11,083 nucleotides of DNA from Promethearchaeota archaeon (GCA_011364975.1 RDOE01000095.1:1-11083); one strand, 5' to 3'. Counted from the stretch's first letter, positions 1 to 8,152 are shown. Translations and numbers: made by a program. The notes: a model not told the origin generated them from the letters alone.

Positions 1-1140
1 ACACAATTAGGGTCTACAGCTATTTTCGTTGGCATACTAGTGTCTTCAAATGCTCTATCAGCATTAATTTTTGGTCCAATCTGGGGTAAATTAAGTGATA
101 AGTATGGTCGAAAGCCAATCTTAATAATTTCTCAAGCAGGAACAGGAGTTTCATTTTTAGTTTTAGCCTTCTCACCAAATATATTCTTTATCCTATTTTC
201 ACGCATATTAGATGGCATATTTGGAGGTCAAATTCCTGTGATTCGAGCGTATATTGCTGACATAACTACGCCTTCAACTAGAGCTCAGGAAATGGGAAAG
301 TTAATGGTTGGACACACCTTAGGAATGATAGTTGGCCCGGTAATCGGTGGATTATTAGGTGCGATTGATTGGCGCTATCCTGCATTTTTAGCATCAAGCT
401 TATCGATTATTGCCATTATTATGACTTCAAAAGTATTGATAGAGAGTATGCCAGAACAAAGAAGGGTCGATCTTAGAATTATGATTGAAAATAATAAAGC
501 AAATTCCACTAATAAAAATAAAATTTTTTCCAAAGAGATTATTATACGATTCATTCAAGTCTTCCTTTTGTTCTCCATTACTGTTTTATTCAATTCCAGT
601 GCTTCTTTAATACTCTTTAATAGATATGGTGCTTCTACTACTATGATTGGCCTTTTAATGACGGTAGCGGGGACTATGGCTATGTTTTACGGAGGACTTC
701 TCATGAAACCTTTGATTAAAAAAATAGGAGAAAAAAGGGTATTGCTCTTCGCGTCTTCTTTAATTATTATTGTTTTCCTTGTCTTTCCATACCTCTATGA
801 ATTATGGATGATATTTATTTTGATGATACCCTTTGTATTTTGCATGGTATTTTTACCTTCCTTAATTCAGAGTAATATAACTAAAGCAGTAGATCCCAAT
901 AAGCAAGGCTTAGTAAGCGGAATGTCAACAAATGTGCAATCTATTGCTCAGATTATCTCTCCTCTAATTGGAACTGGATATATCCAAATAGGAGGTTTAG
1001 TAATTGGATTTTTATTTTTAAATCCATATGAACTAATTGGATTTACTGCTGCCATTTTAGGAGTTGCATTTGTTATTATGATTATTTTTGACCTGAAATT
1101 GCATCCTTATCTTTATGAATATGAATCAAAAGGAAATTGA
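1..1140 (+). CDS. MFS transporter, DHA1/TetA-like (5'-partial; reading frame open from base 1)
   Basis: MFS motif A GKLSDKYGRKP, motif B-like SRILDGIFGG, motif C-like GMIVGPVIGGLL and many hydrophobic helices. Frame 1 is open upstream of the GTG at 40 (TQLGSTAIFVGILV), so the true start probably lies before the window. Confidence 0.92.
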   Translation, partial: TQLGSTAIFVGILVSSNALSALIFGPIWGKLSDKYGRKPILIISQAGTGVSFLVLAFSPNIFFILFSRILDGIFGGQIPVIRAYIADITTPSTRAQEMGKLMVGHTLGMIVGPVIGGLLGAIDWRYPAFLASSLSIIAIIMTSKVLIESMPEQRRVDLRIMIENNKANSTNKNKIFSKEIIIRFIQVFLLFSITVLFNSSASLILFNRYGASTTMIGLLMTVAGTMAMFYGGLLMKPLIKKIGEKRVLLFASSLIIIVFLVFPYLYELWMIFILMIPFVFCMVFLPSLIQSNITKAVDPNKQGLVSGMSTNVQSIAQIISPLIGTGYIQIGGLVIGFLFLNPYELIGFTAAILGVAFVIMIIFDLKLHPYLYEYESKGN

Positions 1141-1229
1141 ACTTAATAAGATAACCCTAAAATCATAAAACCTTTTTTAAATATCTTTTTTTAATAATAA
1201 TACACGATTAAAAATGGAGAAGAATTTGA

Positions 1230-2030
1230 ATGAGAGATATATCCACGCTTAAACAGCATCATTATGATGGAATAAAAAAGTTTAGTAATTATATAAGTCA
1301 AAAAAGCAATTATTTAGCTTTAATTATTGGTGGATCAATCGCAAAGGGTTTTGAACGAGAAAATTCTGATATAGATGTGATGCTTGTCGTGTCTGATGAA
1401 GAATTTCAACGTAAGTTAAAAAGAAATCGATTAATCTATTATTCTGATCAATTTTGTGATTATCCCGGAGGATATATAGATGGTAAAATTATAAGTGAAG
1501 GCTATTTAAAACTAGTTGCTGAGAGAGGCAGCGAGGTTGCTCGTTCTGCCTTTGTTGGAGCTTGGATTGAGTTCTCAAAAATGTCCAATCTTCAAGATAT
1601 ACTCAAAAACATTCCTATATATCCCAAAAATGAAAAACAAGATAAAATTGAGAAATTTTATGCTCAGTTTGAATATAATAAATGGGCAATAGATGAGGCG
1701 CTAAAATTGAATAATAAATACCTTTTAAATCGTTGTATTTCGGATCTTATTTTATTTGGAGGTCGATTGATTCTTGCTCATAATGAAATTTTATATCCTT
1801 TTCATAGATGGTTTATAAGGACTTTAGAAGATGCGCCTGAAAAACCTAATAATTTTATCAAGAATCTAAATAACCTTTTAGAATCCCCTTCCTCTGATAA
1901 TGTCCAGAAATTTTATGTTTCAATAAAGACCTTTACAGAATGGAAATCAAAACAATTTTGGCCTTTCATCTTTATGCGTGATACTGAATTAGCATGGATT
2001 GAGGGAAAAACGTACATTGGAGATATATAA
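1230..2030 (+). CDS. Pol-beta superfamily nucleotidyltransferase with C-terminal helical domain (KNTase-like architecture)
   Basis: GS-x-DxD signature in LIIGGSIAKGFERENSDIDVMLVV, a likely third acidic residue in YIDGK, a helical C-terminal half, and a purine-rich GGAGAAG at 1216-1222 upstream of the ATG. Confidence 0.85.
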   Translation: MRDISTLKQHHYDGIKKFSNYISQKSNYLALIIGGSIAKGFERENSDIDVMLVVSDEEFQRKLKRNRLIYYSDQFCDYPGGYIDGKIISEGYLKLVAERGSEVARSAFVGAWIEFSKMSNLQDILKNIPIYPKNEKQDKIEKFYAQFEYNKWAIDEALKLNNKYLLNRCISDLILFGGRLILAHNEILYPFHRWFIRTLEDAPEKPNNFIKNLNNLLESPSSDNVQKFYVSIKTFTEWKSKQFWPFIFMRDTELAWIEGKTYIGDI

Positions 2031-2178
2031 TCTCATATCATCTTCGAAATGGTTAATCTTCACAACAATGATAAGATTCTGATTAATTTGAAGAAAACTG
2101 TGATTTTATCTTGCCCTTGAATAACCGTATCATAATATAAAAGTTATATAGGGAATCTAATTTTTATTTATATATTCG

Positions 2179-2943
2179 ATGCAAAGTTCAATTTTAGAAT
2201 CCATTGAAAAAAATCTTGACGATTTCTATATTACATGTGGAAAATTTCCCAATTGTAAATTAAGAATGAGTAAAAACTTAAATTGGGTTAAATCAAAAAA
2301 AGGAGAATGGCCCGATTGTATTTTTAAAGCAGATTTTGAGAATTTGAACGTTAATAAGAAAATAAATAAGATAAAAAGATTGATTATTAAGAAAAAAGTT
2401 CCCAATGCGTGGACTTTAGGGCCTATGACAAAACCCACTAATTTAGGCACTTTTCTGGTTAGAAATGGTTTTAATAATGTCTATCAACAAGCTGGAATGG
2501 CTCTTGATCTATATAAAATGAAGGATATAGAATTTAAAATACCTAAGCTCAATACTATTAAAATAAACAACTTTACTTTATTGAATATATGGACAGAAAT
2601 CGTATCTAATGTGTTCCAAATAAATATTGATAAGGATATGATTAAACTCTTATATTTAAACCCTTTTACAACGTTTTTTTTAGGACAATTTAATCAAAAT
2701 TTTGTTTCAGCGTTAATTTTACATATATCCTCGAAAGTGGCTGGATTGCATGCAGTAAGTACTCTCCCTGATTATCGTGGTAAAGGGATTGCTTTTTTTT
2801 TGAGTCATGCTGCGCTAAAAAGCGCGCTTAACCAAGGAATTCGAATAGCTGTTTTTCAAGCATCAAACGTGGGCGAAAAAGTATATAACAAATTAGGATT
2901 TGAAAAATATTGTGAAATTCACTCTTTTGCGCTTTTACTATAA
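2179..2943 (+). CDS. GNAT-family N-acetyltransferase
   Basis: C-terminal acetyl-CoA-binding motif A VSTLPDYRGKGIA and motif B QASNVGEKVYNKLGF. Confidence 0.9.
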   Translation: MQSSILESIEKNLDDFYITCGKFPNCKLRMSKNLNWVKSKKGEWPDCIFKADFENLNVNKKINKIKRLIIKKKVPNAWTLGPMTKPTNLGTFLVRNGFNNVYQQAGMALDLYKMKDIEFKIPKLNTIKINNFTLLNIWTEIVSNVFQINIDKDMIKLLYLNPFTTFFLGQFNQNFVSALILHISSKVAGLHAVSTLPDYRGKGIAFFLSHAALKSALNQGIRIAVFQASNVGEKVYNKLGFEKYCEIHSFALLL

Positions 2944-2962
2944 AACCAATATATATTTAAGA
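2944..2962 (+). promoter_or_regulatory. Probable archaeal TATA promoter of rnpB
   Basis: ATATATTTAAG at 2951-2961 lies about 25 nt upstream of the P1 5' end (2983). The AT-rich background limits specificity. Confidence 0.45.
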
Positions 2963-2982
2963 AAGTATGCCTTTTTAAGAGT

Positions 2983-3342
2983 TGACACATGAGATATGGA
3001 GCTGACGGTGGTCTTTGAACCGCTGAGGAACCTCGCGTCACACTCCAAACAAGGAGCAGGCAACTGCTACGATGAAAATCGTAATTTAGCAACTGAAACG
3101 GCACTGCCTTCTTATATATATTAATGACTTGGATATAAGCCAGAGAAATTGTAAGAGGGAAAGGTTGGAACGAGCTAAATCCTTGGTGCAAGGCCAAATG
3201 AAAGCGATGAGCGTTTGGAACGAGCTTTAGGTAGGCCGCATAGTTTGATGCTCCAACAATATCGAGGTGACTTGATATTGTACAAAAACGCGGGTAAAAA
3301 TTTATCTATTTGATAGATTTCTCGAATATATCTCAGGTGTCA
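2983..3342 (+). ncRNA. rnpB: Archaeal RNase P RNA, type A
   Basis: GC-enriched island that folds by eye into the RNase P core. P1 TGACACATGAGATAT 2983-2997/ATATCTCAGGTGTCA 3328-3342 (1 mismatch). P2 GGAGC 2998-3002/GCTCC 3250-3254. P3 CGGT/ACCG. CR-I GAGGAACCTCGCGT 3025-3038 pairs with CR-V ACAAAAACGCGGGTA 3282-3296 (8-bp P4, bulged U3033). P6 pseudoknot TCCAAAC 3044-3050/GTTTGGA 3213-3219. P7 AAGG/CCTT. P8 GCAG-GCAA-CTGC. P9 TACGAT-GAAA-ATCGTA. P10/11 ATTTAGC/GCTAAAT. CR-II AACTGAAAC. P15 GGCC/GGCC with L15 GGT at 3230-3232. P16 AAAGC/GCTTT. P19 hairpin 3256-3281 with GTGA loop. No P18, as expected for archaea. Confidence 0.96.
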
Positions 3343-3472
3343 TTATCATTATTTAAAATCTATGTCTATAAGAGATTCAATACTTTTGATTCTAAATAAA
3401 ATTTATATGATTACATCGTCTTTAGGACTTATAATAGTCTTACACGAATGAACAAACTTTAACTCTATTATC

Positions 3473-4045
3473 ATGACATTTATTTATCATTTTGCAAATC
3501 CAGATATTGTTAAAATTATTCTTTTAATTGACTTTATAGTTCTAATATTTGGAGGTCTTCATTTAAGAATAAAACGGGGAGATATTAAATGGTCTAGTCT
3601 CTTTATTTTGGGTGGTCTTCTAAGCGCAACCTGGTATATTATCTTTTTTTTCATTCCCGCAATTATGTTCACTACTCCTCCGACTCCCCTAGAACTTCAA
3701 TTCATTAATGATTACATTTTTATATGGCATAAATTAGTTCCAGGATTAGTTTTGCTTATCAGTCTTGGGGTTGATAATATCGTTATTGGATTAATGAATA
3801 AAGAGAATTACGGAGTTTATTTAATTATTTCAGGGGTTCTACTTTCTATTTCAATTGTATTAACTTTTTTTGATTCTATGATATTATCTCTTATTGCATC
3901 TATTATTATGGGCATATCCCTAATACTTTTTTTATATTTCAGTATTAAGATTAAAGTACCATTTCTTGTTATTTTTTGTATAATATATCTCTTTTCCATG
4001 GTTTTTCCTCTCATTATGCCAGATCATTACATTATACTTTTTTAG
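3473..4045 (+). CDS. Hypothetical integral membrane protein (about 6 TM helices)
   Basis: 190-aa ORF made almost entirely of hydrophobic segments; no recognisable motif. Confidence 0.8.
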   Translation: MTFIYHFANPDIVKIILLIDFIVLIFGGLHLRIKRGDIKWSSLFILGGLLSATWYIIFFFIPAIMFTTPPTPLELQFINDYIFIWHKLVPGLVLLISLGVDNIVIGLMNKENYGVYLIISGVLLSISIVLTFFDSMILSLIASIIMGISLILFLYFSIKIKVPFLVIFCIIYLFSMVFPLIMPDHYIILF

Positions 4046-4194
4046 TTTCAGGATTTTTTAGATCATAAAACTTTAATCGTTAACATCAGATTTAATTTAC
4101 AATTCTGATGAAACGCGGAGATTGAAAACTCTTAAATTATTTAGATGCAGAAATACATCCTATAAAGCGTTATAAAAAGAAAAATAGAAATTAT

Positions 4195-4635
4195 TTAATT
4201 TATTTGAACCACTTTCATTTTAAAATTTAGAGTTTTTCCTGCCATTGGATGATTAAAATCAAGAGATATTTCATCCTCATTCACCTCTTTGATTACAACA
4301 GGTATCTGATGAGAATGATCACCATGCGTTTGTTCTATAACCAACATCATTCCTACTTCCGGTTTAAGGTCTGCAGGGAACTCTTCACGTGGAATTTTAT
4401 GTACTGAATTTGGATCATGGGGGCCATATGCATCTTCTGGTTCTAATCGAATTTGAAATTGTTGATTAAGTTCTTTTCCAATTACCGCATTTTCAAATCC
4501 GGAGACTACTTGATGTTCACCAACTTTAAATTCTAATGGCTCACCATCATGGGCTGTAGTTGAATCAAAGACTTCCCCGTTATCAAAAAAGCCTTCATAT
4601 TCGACTTTTACCGTGTCGCCAATTTTAACTTTCAT
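4195..4635 (-). CDS. slyD: FKBP-type peptidyl-prolyl cis-trans isomerase (SlyD/SlpA-like, with IF domain, no C-terminal His tail)
   Basis: GDTVKVEYEG, GEVFDST, PLEFKVG, VVSGFE, PEDAYG and DFNHPMAGKTLNF are hallmark FKBP/SlyD motifs. Confidence 0.92.
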   Translation of the reverse strand: MKVKIGDTVKVEYEGFFDNGEVFDSTTAHDGEPLEFKVGEHQVVSGFENAVIGKELNQQFQIRLEPEDAYGPHDPNSVHKIPREEFPADLKPEVGMMLVIEQTHGDHSHQIPVVIKEVNEDEISLDFNHPMAGKTLNFKMKVVQIN

Positions 4636-4717
4636 ATCAAAGGAAATGATACTTCCTTTATGAAATACTCTAAATAGTTAAATAATTTTTTTTGAATAGC
4701 AGGAATACAGCAAGATA

Positions 4718-5461
4718 TTACTTTTTTGGGATCCCTATTAAAGATTCTAGTTCTTTAATTCTTTTTTCTTTATGGTCTAGTTTTTTTTGAAGCTGTGAAT
4801 TCATATTTTTTAAATCAAGAAGCTCTATTTCAATTTTAATCTTAGCTTTATCATCTTGACCAGATTCGCTTAATTTACGTTTTAACTGTTCAATTTTATT
4901 TTTATACTTTTTAATTTTTTTCTTATAATCATCCTTACTATTTTTATTTGATAACTCACTAGATTTGTCTAATTGAAAATCCAATTGAGATAATTGCTCT
5001 GGTTCCTTTTTGGAAACCAATTCATTTAAGATCTTAATTTTTCTATCTTTTTCTTTTATAGTTTGATCTAATTCTAAAATTCTCTTGTCTTTAATTTCCA
5101 AATTATGTTCATATCTTATATCTTCAACCCTCAATACGGAAGAATTAATACTTTTTTGTTTTATGGCATCTAAATCTCGTTCTAGTTTTAAATAATCTTT
5201 CCTTAAGAAACCTAATTTGTTTTTAAGCTCTCGAATCTCTCTATCTTTAGATTTCAATTCAAACTTATACTTTGACTCAATAACTTGTTCAATACTCTGA
5301 AGTGAAACACCTTCTGCTATAATCTGGTGGAATTCTAATAATTCATCTTCAAGATCTTGAACATTTTTAATAAGGGTTTCGATTTCACTGTCTCTTTTTT
5401 CTAATTTTAAGGTTAAATTAGCAATTTGATTTTTTAAATTGTTAATTTCGTCTTCAGTCAT
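4718..5461 (-). CDS. Hypothetical coiled-coil protein
   Basis: 247 aa, rich in K/E/L/I with heptad periodicity throughout and recurring KDxEI/KDxxI units; no catalytic motif. Confidence 0.8.
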   Translation of the reverse strand: MTEDEINNLKNQIANLTLKLEKRDSEIETLIKNVQDLEDELLEFHQIIAEGVSLQSIEQVIESKYKFELKSKDREIRELKNKLGFLRKDYLKLERDLDAIKQKSINSSVLRVEDIRYEHNLEIKDKRILELDQTIKEKDRKIKILNELVSKKEPEQLSQLDFQLDKSSELSNKNSKDDYKKKIKKYKNKIEQLKRKLSESGQDDKAKIKIEIELLDLKNMNSQLQKKLDHKEKRIKELESLIGIPKK

Positions 5462-5648
5462 AAAAGATTCAAATATTTATTTCAAAATCAAGGATTTAGT
5501 ATATATAGATAGTAGACTTTAACCTTTTTATTTTTTGTATTGTCGCTTGATTATTTAAATAAAAAAAAAGAAAATATTTGTCAATTAATTTTTTAATAGT
5601 CGAAAAATTTTGTGTTTTATATTGTGCCTAAACATTAAAAATAAAGCG

Positions 5649-6293
5649 CTAGAAGTTTCTTGATTTCCCTCCTAGATCAAAACTTGCTATAACCCCACTT
5701 CTATTCTGAAACTGCCAATTTCTTCCAAAATCATTATATTTCCAGTAATGAGTATTACATATTTTTAGATCTGAAAGATATATTCCAAAAGGAGAATTCT
5801 CAAGCTTCTGTGGATTTTTACCATCTAAACCTGGTGTGTAAGATAATTTAATTTCCCCATAAGGCATCGTAATATGGAATGTGTTTTCTTCTCGCTTCAA
5901 GTTAATATCAACATACTTTATCCCTAAAACTATATCTACATATTTTCTCCCTTAAACTTTTTTTAGACGGATGCTTACAGGAATATTATTAGTAAAGTAA
6001 GATTCTAAATACGTTCTCTGCTTTTCACTAGTTTTATCACTTATATAAATCCCCCCTTCCCCCCCTTTAGTTAATAGGTCAGCGGCTTTATTAGAATACA
6101 AATCAACTACATTAATTGCCATTACTCCGCTGATATCTATGTCACCTATTTTTCCCTCGTTAATTTGAAATAACTGAAATGATTTACATGGAGCTTCTCG
6201 ATTTCTACCGAAATAAAAAGAGCAAAGTCCCTCAGCTGCGCAAGCTTCATACCATATTCCTTTAGTACTCCAACTAATTCGTTCTTTGGACAT
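5649..6293 (-). pseudogene. DUF1326-like protein interrupted by in-frame TAA (5952-5954) inside a 27-bp tandem duplication (pseudogene or assembly artefact)
   Basis: N-terminus W-x3-G-x3-EAC...C...C and INEGKIGDIDISG, IYISDKTSEKQR resemble DUF1326. ORFs 5952..6293 and 5649..5900 are in the same frame, separated by TAA plus 17 sense codons (GRKYVDIVLGIKYVDIN). A strong SD-like GAGGTGA lies at 6298-6304 on the - strand. Confidence 0.75.
5904..5957. repeat. Imperfect 27-bp tandem direct repeat (22/27 identity)
   Basis: AATATCAACATACTTTATCCCTAAAAC (5904-5930) versus TATATCTACATATTTTCTCCCTTAAAC (5931-5957). On the - strand they encode VLGIKYVDI and V*GRKYVDI. Confidence 0.9.
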
Positions 6294-6432
6294 AATTTCA
6301 CCTCTCTTTTTAAAAATTTAAATTTACTATTTATTAAATACGAAGGATACAATTTAAATAAACTGTAAATTAACAAATATGTCAATTATTATCTTTCAAA
6401 AAGGAGTAATTACCTAATTTTCATATATTTGT

Positions 6433-6549
6433 TTATTCCTTAGTGTCAATTAAACTAAAAGTTCCTTCATCTTCACCACATTCAGGACAATCTTCGGGAA
6501 TGTCGTCTAATTCAAAAATATAACCACATTTATCACATTTCCAACTCAT
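6433..6549 (-). CDS. Rubredoxin-like / zinc-ribbon microprotein (38 aa), not in ORF track
   Basis: Translates as [38 protein letters not shown]. The WxCxxCGY...PxxCPxCG...F pattern is that of the rubrerythrin-type rubredoxin domain. A purine-rich GGAAGAG lies upstream (6561-6567, - strand). Confidence 0.88.
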   Translation of the reverse strand: MSWKCDKCGYIFELDDIPEDCPECGEDEGTFSLIDTKE

Positions 6550-6715
6550 GCTAAAATATTCTCTTCCAAAAATTTGAAATTGCCTTATCTAGAGTGTGAA
6601 ATAATATCTCTAAATATATAAAAAATATTATATTTATAATTTTGTCATAATGCAAAAGAAGTCGATGTTATTCCACAATTCAGAATCCCATTAAAATGAA
6701 ATATAAAAAGATAAA

Positions 6716-8152
6716 TTATTCATTAAAATATATTAAGTTCCATCCTAGATAATTTGATAATGCTTCATTTACAATTTTTCCAACTTCACTTAAACTAGCT
6801 GCAACATGATGGGCAAAACCTTCTTTACATAATATCTTCAAAACATCTTGGAGTTTAGGGATTTCAATCACACCATACCCTCCATATGTTTCAAGAGGAT
6901 CATCAGTGTAATTCCCTTCTACTAATAAAGCTTTCATTTCACCATAAATATCATCAGTTTCTATTCGTAATAATGTACACGGTTTCGTTTTAATTCTGCC
7001 CTGAATCGCTCCAAAAGTCGCTTCTTCTCCTAAGTTATCAACCATAATGGGATGTATTGTCATTTTAGTGTCTTTAAAGAATGATTTAGGTAGATTACTG
7101 CAGTGGAATAATACCATTTTATCTGGATCATCCCCATAATTATTATTCCAATCTAATATAGCTGAAGGATTATCTGATGCAAGTTGTAGAATATACATAC
7201 CAATTAATCCAGCAATGTCAACTTCACAAGCCGCTGGTACCAAACCCTCGCTAAACATGCTCATCACAGCGCAAGGAACGATGCCTAAATTTTCTTCAAT
7301 AGAAGGCCAACATTGAAAAGCAAAACCATCTAATTCCTTTTCTATTACCCAATTCTCAACAACTACAGCTAATTTAGCAAATTTATATATTCAATCATTA
7401 GGAAATTCTGTTGTAGAAGTATAAACTTTATTTAGTTGTAACTTTTCTTGGATTTTTGGGTCATCATTCTTTAAGTTTTCGATTTTGGCAAAAATTTCGG
7501 ATAAATCAATTGGTTCTATTGAAATTCCATGATACTCTAAAATTTTTTCACTATAGCGGACTGTGTCAAAAGCATTAGGGCGTGTTCCTATTTGTCCAAA
7601 TCTTGCGGTTTTGACTTTCCTTACTATAATGCAAACTTTTTCAAATCTTCTTATATCTCGCTTAAATTTTTCTGATTTAATTGGGCATGTATGGGTCTCA
7701 GTAAGGGTGAATGGTATACCATGCTGATATAAAACACTACAAACTGAAATTTTACCACAAAACGCATCTCTACGATATTTACGATTCATTTTATCAATCT
7801 CATCTGAGGATGCATGGACTAAAATAGGGACTTTTAGCCCTGATAACTTTATAGCCCCAACGGCTCCTTTCTCATCACCAAAATTTGGAAGTATAACAAT
7901 AATTCCTGATATTTCCTCCATATGCATTTTAAATAATTCTCCACATTTCTTGGCATCATTATAAGTCTCAACTACACCATAATGAGTAGAATTTTCATCT
8001 AAAATGATATAATTATAACCTAACTCTTTCATGACGTTAATTATTTCATCTCTCCCTTCTTTCGCAAGATGATCCGGAAAAACATCCCGATTTCCTACTA
8101 TAATCCCAAAAGTAGTTGTTCTGGGTTGATCTTTTTTGTTTATGAATGCCAT
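6716..8152 (-). pseudogene. L-fucose/L-arabinose isomerase-family protein (478 codons) interrupted by one in-frame TGA at 7391-7393
   Basis: Motifs NFGDE, RRDAFCGKIS, GTRPNAFDTVRYSE, FQCWPSIEE, ACEVD (metal ligands) and FAHHVA. The 41 codons between the two listed ORFs are in frame and family-like (IYKFAKLAVVVENWVIEKELDGFAFQCWPSIEENLGIVPCAV). Confidence 0.85.

Noticed and set aside
2057-2094. Box C/D-like ATGATAA...CTGA within a TCTTCA/TGAAGA stem
   Set aside because: The C box is imperfect, only a few nt separate the boxes, and there are no guide regions or C'/D' pair.
2226-2450. 74-aa minus-strand ORF
   Set aside because: Antisense shadow fully inside the GNAT gene; no motif.
2919-3197. 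92-aa minus-strand ORF
   Set aside because: Antisense to the RNase P RNA; open because of local GC enrichment.
3817-4014. 65-aa minus-strand ORF
   Set aside because: Antisense shadow of the T-rich membrane-protein gene.
4088-4131. Hammerhead-like CTGATGA...GAAA core
   Set aside because: Stem II would be only 2 A-U pairs, stem I 4 A-U pairs and stem III is broken. CTGATG is also sequestered by CATCAG upstream.
5904-5957. 27-nt insert as an archaeal mRNA intron or a DGR template/variable repeat pair
   Set aside because: No 4-bp central helix for a bulge-helix-bulge. The repeat is far too short and adjacent for a DGR, one mismatch is not at adenine, and no reverse transcriptase is present.
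6146-6385. 79-aa minus-strand ORF
   Set aside because: Overlaps the DUF1326-like gene out of frame; that gene has the strong SD and the family motifs.
6600-6655. Possible SECIS (ATGAC...AA stem on the - strand) downstream of the TGA-containing isomerase
   Set aside because: The stem is all A-U and lacks the 3' GA needed for the tandem G-A core.
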